Below the pieces are notes generated by a model, which worked only from the letters and a program-made list of their open reading frames with translations, searched no databases and was not told the DNA's origin. From NCBI RefSeq assembly GCF_006345805.1, contig NC_043026.1:12565579-12629578 (forward strand): DNA of 64,000 nt. The letters are read 5' to 3'. The position numbers and the translations under genes are program-made. The stretch's first letter is position 1; each line of letters begins with the position of its first letter. Origin of the DNA: Octopus sinensis. Taxonomy: Eukaryota. Below, in pieces: positions 38,979 to 51,708 of the stretch.

Positions 38979-39105
38979 ATACTTAATAATTAGGGTTCAG
39001 CAAAGATTTGCTTTACCACATACTGAAGCAGCCAAAAACCTTAGCTATTTCTAAACTTTGGTATGTGGTAAAGCAAATCTTTGCTGAACCCTAATTATTA
39101 AGTAT
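38979..39105. repeat. Foldback palindrome, 45-bp perfect arms
   Basis: 38979-39023 is the reverse complement of 39061-39105. Confidence 0.85.
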
Positions 39106-40448
39106 TACTTAAGTTTACCGTAAAATGGTCCTTTTAACATGCCGAATTCTACTTGGTGAAATTATTGATTAATTCTTAATTAATTAATTTTACCCTTTGT
39201 TTTATATATATATAATATATAAAGTATATACATGTATGGATGCTTGTGGGTGTGTATGTATTATATATATATATAATATATATATATATTTTTGTATATA
39301 TATAATCGTGTGTGTGTGATGCAAATAAAATAAGAACTTAGTGTCCGGGCAGATACATTATAGCATGAGGCATGAAATTGTGTTTGGCCCTCTGGCTGAT
39401 AACCGATGAGCATTTGGTGACCTTCTGTGTCTGTTTCCCATTTGTTTCTGTATTTATTGTTTTTTGTTTCACTTATATATACACACTCAGATCAATAAAC
39501 AGATGTCTCCAAAACAGAGACTACCATTTTTGAAAGATATTTCCTGGGTAAGTAGCTTGTTTACCAACCACATGGCTCTGGGTTCAGTCCCACTGCGTGG
39601 CACCTTGGGCAAGTGTCTTCTACTATAGCCTCGGGCCAACCAAAGCCTTGTGAGTGGATTTGGTAGACGGAAACTGAAAGAAGCCCGTCGTATATATGTA
39701 TATATATATGTGTGTTTGTCCCCCTAGCATTGCTTGACAACCGATGCTGGTGTGTTTATGTCTCCATTACTTAGCAGTTCGGCAAAAGAGACCAATAGAA
39801 TAAGTCCCGGGGTCGAGTTGCTCGATTAAAGGCGGTGCTCCAGCATGGCTGCAGTCAGATGACTGAAACAAGTAAAAGAGTAAAAGAGATATATATATAT
39901 ATTTGCGTGTGTGTTTGTCCCCCTGGCATTGCTTGACAACCGATGCTGGTGTGTTTATGTCCCCGTCATTTAGCGGTTCGGCAAAAGAGACCAATAGAAT
40001 AAGTCCCGGGGTCGAGTTGCTTCCATTAAAGGCGGTGCTCCAGTACGGCCGCGGTCAGATGACTGAAACAAGTAAAAGAGTAAAAGAGAGTATACAAAAT
40101 AATGTTTATTTTAACTATTTTTTTGTTTTTTTATGTGTGCATGGTAGTCTCATTTCCATAAAATATGCTCACCAGTCCATGCTATCTAAGTACAAATCCC
40201 AGCACTTTATGGGTTAAATGCATCATCATCATCGTTTAACGTCCGTTTTCCGTGCTAGAACAGGTTTAACGGTTTGACCGGGGTCTGGGAAGCCAGGAGG
40301 CTGCACCAGGCTCCAATCTGATCTGGCAGTGTCTCTACAGCTGGATGACATTCCTAGTGGTTGGCGTTAAATATCATATCTTATTAATCCCAGTGTCCCA
40401 CCCTATCCTCGCAGCCTTCATTCACCCAATATTTATATTCCATTTCAG

Positions 40449-40490
40449 TTACCATTATCCTTACTCAGAACTGCTGTCAACCACCCAATG
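40449..40490 (+). CDS. LSM4: LSM4 coding exon 2 (LPLSLLRTAVNHPM)
   Basis: TTTCAG| ... |GTATGT. The peptide matches the LSM4 N-terminus. Confidence 0.93.
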
Positions 40491-42583
40491 GTATGTTAAC
40501 CTTTTTTTGTTTTTCTTTATATATGTATATTTCAACAAATATTCGTTTCTACTCTAGACACAAGGCCCAAAATTTCAGGGGAGAGGGCCAGTCGATTATA
40601 TCAACCCTACAATGCAACTGGTACTTAATTTATCGACTCTGAAAGGATGAGAGGCAAAGTCGATCTTGGCGGAATTTGAACTCAGAACATAAAGACAGAC
40701 AGAATAACTGCTAAGCATTTCTACCAGCTCCCGCCACCTTATAGTTTTTTAACAAATATTTAAGCATCTTTTTCCTTAATTATCTTATTCATCTGAGAGG
40801 GAAAAACTACCTTGCTTGGCAACAGGTGGGGGTTGGCATCAGGAAGGGCATCCGGCCGTAGAACACTTGCCACACGCATAGCGCTGCGTATGTGTGCATA
40901 CATTTTTGTAGGCGCTGGCATGGCTGTGTGGTTTAGGGAGCTTGCTTCCTAACTACATGGTTTCGGGTTCAGTCCCACTGCGTGGCACATTGGGCAGGTG
41001 TCTTCCACTATGGCCCCGCGCCAACCGAAGCTTTGTGATTGAATTCGGTAGGCAGGAGTTACTGCCCTGTGTGTATGTGTGTGTATAGCTGCTCAGTGCC
41101 TCTCCGAAAGAGAGAGAGGGATCTCAGTCATTTGACTGTGGCCATACTGGAGCACTGCCTTGAAGGGTTTCTAGTCGATAAAAATCAACCCCTTCTCTCC
41201 CAGGACTTATTTTTCTTAAGCCTAGTACGTATTCTATCGGTCTCTTTTGCCAAACCACTAAGTTACAGGGACGTAAACACACCAACACTAGTTGACAAAT
41301 GGTGATGGGAGGAGGGCGACAAACACGGACACTAAGACCCACGCGTAGATATATCTATGCATATATAGTCAGTCACTTCAAGGACATCTTATCCTCCTTG
41401 GTAGGACAGAACAGAGCACCCTGTGCTTGGGAAGCTTCTTACCCCATAGCCGTGCCTGCACCTATGAGTGTATTTCTGAGAAAAGACATTACCTGTGTGC
41501 TTTAATTGCTTCTTTTTCACCAGGCAATACTGGGTACCTCTGCTAGTATATCTCTTTTCACTCTTTTACTTGTTTCAGTCATTTGGCTGCGGCCATGCTG
41601 GAGCACCGCCTTCAGTCGAGCAAATCGACCCCGGGACTTATTCTTTTTGTAAGCCCAGTACTTATTCTATCGATCTCTTTTGCTGAACCACTAAGTGACA
41701 GCGACATAAACACACCAGCATCGGTTGTCAAGCAATGCTAGGGGGACAAACAAAGACACACAAACACACACACACGCATATATACATATATACAACGGGC
41801 TTCGTTCAGTTTCCATGTACCAAATCCCCTCACAAGGCTTTGGTTGGCCTGAGGCTATAGTAGAAGACACTTGCCCAAGGTGCCACGCAGTGGGACTGAA
41901 CCCGTAACCATGTGGTTGGTAAACAAGCTACTTACCACAGAGCCACTCCTGCGCCTAAAATAATTTAAAATTACATATGTATGTCATCATCATCATCATC
42001 GTTTAACGTTCGCTTTCCATGCTAGCATGGGTTGGACGGTTCAACTGGGGTCTGGAGAGCCCGAAGGCTGCACCAGGCCAGTCAGATCTGGCAGTGTTTC
42101 TATAGCTGGATGCCCTTCCTAACGCCAACCACTCCGAGAGTGTAGTGGGTGATTTTATGTGCCACCGACACAGGTGCCAGACGAGGCTGGCGAACGGCCA
42201 CGCTCGGATGGTGTTTTTATGTGCCACCGACACAGATGCCAGACGAGGCTGGCGAACGGCCACGCTCGGATGGTGTTTTTATGTGCCACCGACACAGGTG
42301 CCAGACGAGGCTGGCGAACGGCCACGATCGGATGGTGTTTGTTACGTGCCCACAGCACGGAGGCCAGTCGATGCGGTACTGGCTACGGCCACGTTCGGAT
42401 GTGTCTAAAATAATTTAAAATTACATATGTATATGTCTAAAATAATTTAAAATTACATATGTATATGTCTAAAATAATCTAACATTATGCATCTCTGTCT
42501 CTGAAATAACCTGACATTTTGTATCTAGAATCCCCCTGTTCTGCATCTGTGTCTAAAATATCCCAATGTTTTGTCTGTTTCAG

Positions 42584-42682
42584 CTGGTGGAGTTGAAGAA
42601 TGGTGAAACGTACAATGGTCATTTGGTCAGTTGTGACAACTGGATGAATATTAACCTACGAGAGGTTATCTGCACATCCCGG
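42584..42682 (+). CDS. LSM4: LSM4 coding exon 3 ([33 protein letters not shown])
   Basis: TTTCAG| ... |GTGAGT. Sm1 motif essentially identical to known LSM4. Confidence 0.97.
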
Positions 42683-42904
42683 GTGAGTGATTTGTGTGGT
42701 GGCAACAGCAGCGGTTGTATGGGTGATAGTAGTGTTAGTAATGGTGGTGGTATTTTCTAAGCAGAGTAATCCATGCGGTAAAAATCCATAATGTGTGTAA
42801 ATTAGTAAAACCGTTAGTCACTCAACTTAACGAACCTATTACAAAAACATATCTTTTACTTGTTTCAGTCATTAGACTGTGGCCATGCTAGGGCACCTCC
42901 TTAA

Positions 42905-43980
42905 CCCTTTCGTTACTATATTTCTGACCAAAATACACCCCTTATGTGTTTCAATTAATTTCTAACATAATCATAAATTTAGTCTGGTTTCATTAAACAA
43001 CTATAACTTTTTTATTTATTAATATATTAACGTGAATTTTGGAAGATAATTAATGAAATGTTCTCAACCAATTCTATATTATAATTTTTGTCACAAAGTG
43101 ACTCTAATTGCAGGTAGATACAGGTAAATTCAACAAAAATATAAAATTATTAAAATTTTTTCAAACATCGCTATAGAAATGGGTTATAGCTAATATCAAT
43201 TGGGTATACAACAAAATTTTACGATTGAATTTTTGTTATTTGGGTAACTTTCTGATACCCATAATAATATTTATGGCAAAATAGTCTTAATTCATTTAAG
43301 GTGTGGGAGGAAACCACCAAACTATCTTTCTTTCGTTTTGTTTACATTTAGCGTAACGGTAGTTTCCGCCGTAATGATTTCAAATAGGCTCATTCGAAAA
43401 ACGTTAAAAAGGAAATAATCTAAGGCTTTAACTCTTCTGAAAAGTCTGTGGCTTGGTCCAGTTCTTCAGAGAAAAATCACCGAAAGAAACAGTTTTTAAA
43501 TTTTCACTCCATTCAGGTGCCAATTCATTTTCTTTATCGCTGTCGGAGCTCTCGGATTTCACTGTTTTCACTTTCAGAAAAGAAACATCAGATTCATTAT
43601 CAAATACCACATGCTTTTTTTTTTTCAGTCATAGAGTTAGATTTATGAAGGTCTCAGTAGAAAATCTTCGAATTCTTACCTCGCTGCTTGATATAATGAA
43701 ATTCGTATCCATTTTCTGTCAGAATTACAAATTTGAAAACACAATAGGAAAAATTTCGGAAAAAAATCTCCCAAAATTCACGGAATTAAAATTACACTTC
43801 GATTTTTTGTACAAAACTGTAGTTGAACTCTTTACGAAGTATAATACGTCTTTTCACGAATGTACTAAAGAGATTTGCTCTGATATTCTCATTTAAATAT
43901 GAATAGGTAAATTCGGGCGGGTTGGTCACATTAACCAAAATTTTTTTCGGGCGGTTTCAGGCGGTTTGGTAACGAAAGGG
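42905..43980 (-). mobile_element. piggyBac-type internally deleted element in LSM4 intron 3
   Basis: TTAA TSDs at 42901-42904 and 43981-43984, TIR CCCTTTCGTTAC. Acidic N-terminal-like remnant SDSDKENELAPEW on the minus strand. Confidence 0.75.
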
Positions 43981-44200
43981 TTAAAGAATTATTCTAATCA
44001 AATGAATTAACTCTAGGACTTATCTTATAGTTTGGTACTTATTCTATTGATATCATTTGCTGAACCCTACAAAATCAGACTGGACCCTGGTGTGCAGCTC
44101 CCTGGCTTACTAGTTCCAATCAAGCCATCTAACCCATGCCAGCATGGACAACGGACGTCAGATGATGCTGATCTGTGTGTGTGTGTTTGTTTGTTTGCAG

Positions 44201-44375
44201 GATGGAGATCGATTTTGGCGAATGCCCGAGTGTTACATTCGAGGAAGCACGATCAAGTACCTTCGCATCCCCGACGAGGTCATCGATATGGTGAAAGAAG
44301 AGGTCATACTGAAGAGCAAAGGTCGTGGTGACATGAAAGGGCGTGGCGGACCACAGCGAGGCCGTGGTGGACGAG
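44201..44375 (+). CDS. LSM4: LSM4 coding exon 4 ([34 protein letters not shown]...RGRGGR)
   Basis: TTTGCAG| ... G|GTAAGT. Sm2 motif. Confidence 0.97.
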
Positions 44376-44488
44376 GTAAGTTCTCAGTGGGTTGTTGATT
44401 AAGTTATAATGCAATCACCTGGAAGGTAGACATACGGAAAAAAAATCTCATTCTTCAAATTTATGTGTGTGTGTGTGCTGAGTTGCTG

Positions 44489-44824
44489 AGACCCCCTTCG
44501 GTCATGACTGACCGTGGGATTGCACCTAGAAAGTTACCCTCCCAGGCACAAGTCCAGGCAAGGTTGTTTATGGAAGACCAGCAGTTGCCCATGCATACCA
44601 GCCTCCCCTCTCCACGACACCAGTGTTATCCAAGGGAAAGACAAAGGGGCCGATACAGGTCGGCACCTGTGGCGTCGCAACTCATTTCTACAGGTGAGTT
44701 AACTGGAACAACGTGAAGTAAGGTGTCTTGCTCAAGAACACAACACGCAGCCCGGTCCGGGATTCGAGCTCACAACCTCATGATCGTAAGCTCGACACTC
44801 TAACCACTGAGCCATGCGCCTTCA
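44489..44824 (-). mobile_element. tRNA-head SINE in LSM4 intron 4
   Basis: TGAAGGCGCATGGCTCAGTGGTTAGAG...CTCGAATCCCGG head on the minus strand. Confidence 0.75.
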
Positions 44825-44871
44825 ATGTGTGTATATATATATATATATACATACATACATATATATCAACA

Positions 44872-44939
<68 letters not shown>

Positions 44940-45306
44940 TACATACATGTGTGTTTGTGTATATATAGATATATATACATATATACAACATGTGTGTTTG
45001 TGGATATATATATAGATATATTTATATACATGTGTGTGTGTGTGTATATATATATACATACGTGTGTGTGTGTATTATATATATATATATATATATACAT
45101 ACATGTGTGTGTGTATATATTACATGTGTGTGTATATATATATATTATATATATATATATATACATACATGTGGGTATGTATATATATATATATATATAC
45201 ATATACATACATGTGTGTGTGTATATATATACATGTGTGTGTATATATATATATATTATATATATATACACATATATATACATACATATATACATACATA
45301 TGTGTG

Positions 45307-45337
<31 letters not shown>

Positions 45338-45338
45338 G
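44825..45338. repeat. Compound (TA)n/(TG)n microsatellite
   Basis: Read directly. Confidence 0.95.
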
Positions 45339-45671
45339 CAGTATTTCGTCTGCCGCTATGTTCTGAGTTCAAATTCCGCCGAGGTCGACTTTGCCTTTCA
45401 TCCTTTCGGGGTCGTTTAAATAAGTACCAGTTACGCACTGGGGTCGATATAATCGACTTAATACGTTTGTCTGTCCTTGTTTGTCCTCTCTCTGTGTTTA
45501 GCCCCTTGTGGGTAGTAAAGAAATAGGTATTTCAAATCCTGCCAGTGTCGATTTTGCCTTTCATCCCTTTGGAGGTCGATAAATTAAGTACCAGTTATTC
45601 ACTGGAGTTGGTGTAACCGACTTAATGCCTTCCTCTAAATTTCAGGCCTTGTGCCTGCAGTAGAAAAGGAT

Positions 45672-45898
45672 TATTATTATTATTATTATTGTTATCATTA
45701 TTATTGTTATCATTATTATTGTCATCATTATTATTATTATCATCATTATTATTATCATTATTATTATTATTGTTATTGTTATTATTATTATTATTATTAT
45801 TGTTATTATTATCATTATTATTATTGTTATTATCATTATTATTATTATCATTATCGTTATTATCATTATTATTATTATTATTGTTGTCATTGTCGTTG
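45672..45898. repeat. (ATT/ATC/GTT)n trinucleotide microsatellite abutting the LSM4 exon 5 acceptor
   Basis: Read directly. Confidence 0.95.
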
Positions 45899-45901
45899 TA
45901 G

Positions 45902-46026
45902 GTACATTTGGTGGCCGAGGAGGTCGTGGCGGCAGTGTAGGTGGACGCGGTGGAGGAGGAGGAGGTGGCGGCGGCGGTGGAGGAGGGGGCGGCGGCCCAA
46001 GACCAGGCAAGCCCCGAGGTGATTGA
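45902..46026 (+). CDS. LSM4: LSM4 coding exon 5, RGG/poly-Gly tail (total protein 147 aa)
   Basis: TGTAG|GT ACA TTT GGT GGC CGA; phase 1 matches exon 4. TGA at 46024-46026. Exons sum to 444 nt. Confidence 0.85.
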
Positions 46027-46284
46027 GCATCACGGTGGGGCAGACGTCACAGCAAGACTCACAGACAGAGGAGAGAGAGAGAGAGAGATTGTACAAACAA
46101 CAACAACAACATACAGTGATTATTGACCGTTGGGTGGGAAGGGGGATGGGGAGCTTCACCCCCACCCACACCATCTCTTCCTTCTCTCTTTTACCTAAAG
46201 GAGAACAAAATAAAGAAAAAAAAGATGAACATTTTTTTTATAAATGGCAAACACAAAGAATCGATCACAAAGTTGAACAGTATT

Positions 46285-46665
46285 AACAACAACAGCAATA
46301 AAACAACGACGACAATAGCAACAAAAATAGCAGCAACAGCATTTGTCTGGACAAGAGCTACAACATTAGCAACAACAAGGGCTGCAACATTAGCAGCAAC
46401 AACAAGGGTGCCAACATTAGCAACAACAACAGGGGTACCAACATTAGCAACAACAAGGGAGCAACATTAACAACAACAACAAGGACTGCAACATTAGCCA
46501 CAACAACAAGGGTTCCAACATTAGCAACAACAAGGACTGCAACATTAGCAACAACAAGGGCTGCAACATTAGCAACAAGAGCAGTGGCATCAACAGCAGC
46601 AGCGACAGCATTAGCAAGGACAACAGTAACATTAGCAACAACAACCACCACCACAACAGCAATCT
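46285..46665 (+). repeat. CAA-rich ~24-bp minisatellite (GCAACATTAGCAACAACAAGG) in or after the LSM4 3' UTR
   Basis: Read directly. AATAAA at 46209 and 46297. Confidence 0.8.
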
Positions 46666-47204
46666 CCTAGCATTTCTGTTGCAAACATTCCACCTTAGAC
46701 ATCGCACACACACACACTGCTGTGTCTTTGTGTGTGTGTGAATAATCTACAGACACTTAACTGCCCCTGGAGGGGAGAAAAAGAGAGACTACAATCCCCC
46801 TCCATACAAACCAGTGGCAGCAGTGGGGGTTGGGCTTCAGTTTTCAATATAAATTGTGTTTTTTTCTAAAAATTGTTTATTATTATTATTATTTGTTTTC
46901 ATCATTTCTTTGGTTTACTTTGTCGTTGATTTTTCTTTTACACCTGGAGACCTTCTGCGGTTGAGCAGACCTGGCAAGGAAGGTGAGATCACAGCCGTAG
47001 CCTACAGCAGTGTCGCATAACCAGCCCCTTTTAAAAAGTACCCTTGAATCACCGGGCGACATCCCGTGCTTGAGGAGACCTACTGAGTCAAGTAAAACCA
47101 AAATAGAGATTGTAGTTGTGGCCGATGCCAGTGCTGGTGGCACATAATAAGCCCCATTTATGCGAGAGCTGCCTGACTGGCTCCCATGCTGGTGGCACGT
47201 AAAA

Positions 47205-47342
47205 AGTATATATCTATCTATATATATGTATGTGTATGTATGTATATGTATGTATGTAGATCTATGTATGTATGTATGTATATCTATGTATGTATGTATG
47301 TATGTATGTATATATATCTATGTATATGTATGTATATATATC

Positions 47343-47405
<63 letters not shown>

Positions 47406-47602
47406 TATATATGTATATATATGTATGTATATATATATATATATGATATATATGTATGTATATATATATATATATGTATATATATGTATGTATGTATATA
47501 TAGTATGTATGTATATATATATATGTATGTATATATATATATATATGTATATATATGTATGTATATTATATATATATGTATATATGTATGTATATATATA
47601 TG

Positions 47603-47640
<38 letters not shown>

Positions 47641-47743
47641 TGTATATATATGTATGTATATATATATGTATATATATGTATGTATATATATATAATATAT
47701 GTATGTATATATATATGTATATATATGTATGTATATATATATG

Positions 47744-47776
<33 letters not shown>

Positions 47777-48049
47777 GTATATATATGTATGTATATATGT
47801 ATATGTATGTATATATGTATATATATGTATGTATATATATATATATATGTATATATATATGTATGTATATATATATATATATGTATATATATATGTATGT
47901 ATATATATATATATGTATATATATGTATGTATATATATATATATGTATATATATGTATGTATATATGTATATATATGTATGTATATATGTATATATATGT
48001 ATGTATATATATATATATATGTATATATATGTATGTATATATATATATG

Positions 48050-48100
<51 letters not shown>

Positions 48101-48168
48101 GTATATATATGTATGTATATATGTATATATGTATGTATATATGTATGTATATATGTATATATATGTAG

Positions 48169-48200
<32 letters not shown>

Positions 48201-48696
48201 TAATATTATATATATGTATATATATGTATGTATATATGTATATATATGTATGTATATATATTGTATATATATGTATGTATATATATTGTATATATATGTA
48301 TGTATATATATTGTATATATATGTATGTATATATATTGTATATATATGTATGTATATATATTGTATATATATGTATGTATATATATTATATATATATGTA
48401 TGTATATATATATGTATATATATGTATGTATATATATATATATATATGTATATATATGTATGTATATATATATATATATGTATATATATGTATGTATATA
48501 TATATATATATGTATATATATGTATGTATATATATATATATATGTATATATATGTATGTATATATATATATATATGTATATATATGTATGTATATGTATG
48601 TATATATATGTATATATATGTATGTATATGTATGTATATATATGTATATATATGTATGTATATATATGTATATATATATATATATGTATATGTATG

Positions 48697-48728
<32 letters not shown>

Positions 48729-48744
48729 TATATATATATATATG

Positions 48745-48775
<31 letters not shown>

Positions 48776-49087
48776 GTATATATATATATATGTATGTATA
48801 TATATATATGTATGTATGTATGTATATATATATATGTATGTATGTATGTATATATATATATATATATATGTATGTATATATATCTATGTATGTATATGTA
48901 TGTATGTATATATATATATATATATCTATGTATATATATATCTATCTATATATATATCTATAGATATCCATCTATATATATATCTATAGATATCCAAATA
49001 TCTATCTATCTATATATATATCTACAGATATCCAAATATCTATCTATAAATATATCCATACATATATATCTATCTATATATATATAT
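47205..49087. repeat. ~1.9-kb compound (TA)n/(TATG)n microsatellite
   Basis: Read directly. Confidence 0.97.
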
Positions 49088-49088
49088 A

Positions 49089-49906
49089 CTAGCAGTAATA
49101 CCCGTCATTGATCGGGTAATTACTGTTTCTGGGGAGCCACATTCAAAGTATTATTATATATATATATATATAACTTACTCCTCCTGTATGTGTGTATTTT
49201 TATAAGAGAAGAAATATATAACTGAAGAAGAAAAAAGATCAGTTTCATACAGGAACTCCTGTTTGTTTATCATATGACAAACATAAGTGAGTTGCATTCA
49301 CTATTTTATTCATCAATACACTAATGACAATCGCATAATGCAGTTAATTTAAATAGGTAAATTTACTTATTCTTGAATGTAACGATAGGAGTGGCTGTGT
49401 GTAAGTAGCTTGCTAACCAACCACATGGTCCCGGGTTCAGTCCCACTGTGTGGCATCTTGGGCAAGTGTCTTCTGCTATAGTCCCGGGCCGACCAGTGCC
49501 TTGTGAGTGCATTTGGTAGACGGAAACTGAAAGAAGCCCGTCGTATATATATATATATATATATAGGCGCAGGAGTGGCTGTGTGGTAAGTAGCTTGCTA
49601 ACCAACCACATGGTCCCGGGTTCAGTCCCACTGCGTGACATCTTGGGCAAGTGTCTTCTGCTATAGCCCCGGGCCGACCAGTGCCTTGTGAGTGGATTTG
49701 GTAGACGGAAACTGAAAGCCCGTCGTATATATATATATATATAGGTGCAGGAGTGGCTGTGTGGAAAGTAGCTTGCTAACCAACCACATGGTCCCGGGTT
49801 CAATCCCACTGCGTGACATCTTGGGCAAGTGTCTTCTGCTATAGCCCCGGGCCGACCAGTGCCTTGTGAGTGGATTTGGTAGACGGAAACTGAAAGAAGC
49901 CTATCG

Positions 49907-49937
<31 letters not shown>

Positions 49938-50800
49938 TTGTCCCCCCCTAGCATTGCTTGACAACCGATGCTGGTGTGTTTACGTCCCCGTCACTTTGCG
50001 GTTCAGCAAAAGAGACCGATAGAATAAGTACTGGGCTTACAAAGAATAAGTCCCAGGGTCGATTTGCTCGACTAAAGGCGGTGCTCCAGCATGGCCGCAG
50101 TCAAATGACTGAAACAAGTAAAAGAGTAAAAAGTAATACATTTGCCCAAATGGCTTCTGTGCCGGTGGCACATAAAAAGCACCATCCGAACATGGCCGAT
50201 GCCAGCACCGCCTTGACTGGCTTCTGTGCCAGTGGCACATAAAAAAAGCACCAACCGATCGTGGCCGATGCCAGTACCCTCTGGCACCTGTGCAGGTGGC
50301 ACGTAAAAAGCACCCACTACACTCGCGGAGTGGTTGGCGTTAGGAAGGGCATCCAACCTGTAGAAACACTGCCAGATCAGACTGGAGCCTGGGGCAGCCC
50401 CTGGCTCCCCAGACCCCGGTCGAACCGTCCAACCCGTGCTAGCGCGGAAAACGGACGTTAAACGATGATGATGATGATGATTGCATAATTTTGGTGGAGA
50501 CAAATTATGCAACAGTATAGTAGGAGTCTCTTTCAGCTGAAGACAATGAAGAACTGTACCTGGTGGTTGTAGTGAATTGAAAAATTCAATGGGTAATTAA
50601 CACTATCCTGATCATCAACAACAACACTGTCAATTGAGTTGTAAGTGAATATTTCTCCTGGAAGTTTATTCAATAGCATATTATTAATGCCATTTACAGC
50701 GACATCTTTTGGGGCCAGGACAGGTCACTCATGGATCCAATTTATATTGTAATTACGAAGATTACGAAAGATTTCATCCACCAAATCACTGACAGAAACA
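49089..50800 (-). mobile_element. Truncated autonomous-type Helitron: helicase remnant plus 3' hairpin and CTAG end, interrupted by SINEs
   Basis: 50800-50485 translates VLAPKDVAVNGINNMLLNKLPGEIFTYNSIDSV...VNYP...[11 protein letters not shown]. Hairpin TACCCG..CGGGTA at ~49099-49118 and CTAG|T at 49089. Confidence 0.72.
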
Positions 50801-50904
50801 GTTTAATTACATATTGAATTGAGTGTAAGAAATTAGGCGATAGCATAACAGCTTCCCTTGAACCAGGTACTTTCAATTTGCCGAAGAGGAAAAAATAATT
50901 CGAT

Positions 50905-50936
<32 letters not shown>

Positions 50937-51221
50937 CATACATACACACACACACACACACAAATATACAGGCACATATATAGAAAAAGCATAATAGCTT
51001 CCACTGAACCATTTAGTTTCACTTTTATATACATATATTCATTATAACAGGTTTCTTTCAGTTTCCACCTATGAAGTCCGCTATGGTCAGCCTGAGGTTA
51101 CAGTGGGAGATACTTGCCTGTGGTGTCATGCTGTGGGACTGAACCCAGAACCATGTGGTTGGGAAGCAAGCTTCTTACCACACAGCCATGTTGTTAATCA
51201 CTTAAACTTGGATCCCTAGAA

Positions 51222-51708
51222 AGAATGGTTGTATACTGTCAATCTAACGTGAACGTGACAGTAGGGGATTACACCACCGCTGTTTAGCCCTAGGAAGCAT
51301 CGACGCCTCCTGATGGCTTCGACACATTTTTCCTGTGTCCTTATATATTTACGAAGGGGAGACAAACACCCCCAGCAGCCAGGCCTGCATGTAGAGACAC
51401 GCGTGTTTCAGGATAATTGTCCTTCATCGGTCTAGAGTAGCAGACGCCCGCCAGCCGTGGATATCTGTCCCAATTCGCAAAAGTATAAATCTAATTTCAG
51501 TGACGTTTATTCACTGATTATCAAAATCAGAAATACTAAATTTCTAAATCTCTCGTAGAGACATGTACGGTGGTGGGGCAATAGAATGGTTGTATACTGT
51601 CAATCTAACGTGAACGTGACAGTAGGGGGTTACACCACCGCTGTTTAGCCCTAGGAAGCACCGACACTTCCTGCTGGCTTCGACACATTTTTCCTGTGTC
51701 CTTATATA
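51222..51708 (-). mobile_element. 361-bp-period partial tandem element (126-bp terminal direct repeats) carrying a hammerhead fold; retrozyme/Penelope-like
   Basis: 51222-51347 matches 51583-51708. The hammerhead core lies in the internal segment. Confidence 0.6.
51392..51434 (-). ncRNA. Minimal type I hammerhead ribozyme motif (U4C variant), predicted GUC cleavage between 51396 and 51395
   Basis: UAGA-CCGAUGA-AGGA caauua UCCU-GAAA-CACGCGUG-UC|UCUA. Stem I UAGA/UCUA, stem II AGGA/UCCU, palindromic stem III ACACGCGUGU. Confidence 0.65.

Noticed and set aside
45642-46022. Poly-Pro/Ile, poly-Tyr and poly-Leu ORFs
   Set aside because: They are frames of the (ATT)n tract and of the LSM4 Gly-rich exon.
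46358-46713. Ala/Val/Leu-rich ORFs and a possible poly-Gln gene
   Set aside because: It is a CAA-rich minisatellite downstream of the LSM4 stop, with no splice or start context.
47160-49111. Long Y/I/M/C/V-rich ORFs (also 44728-45526, 37318-37608)
   Set aside because: They are translations of TA/TG microsatellites.
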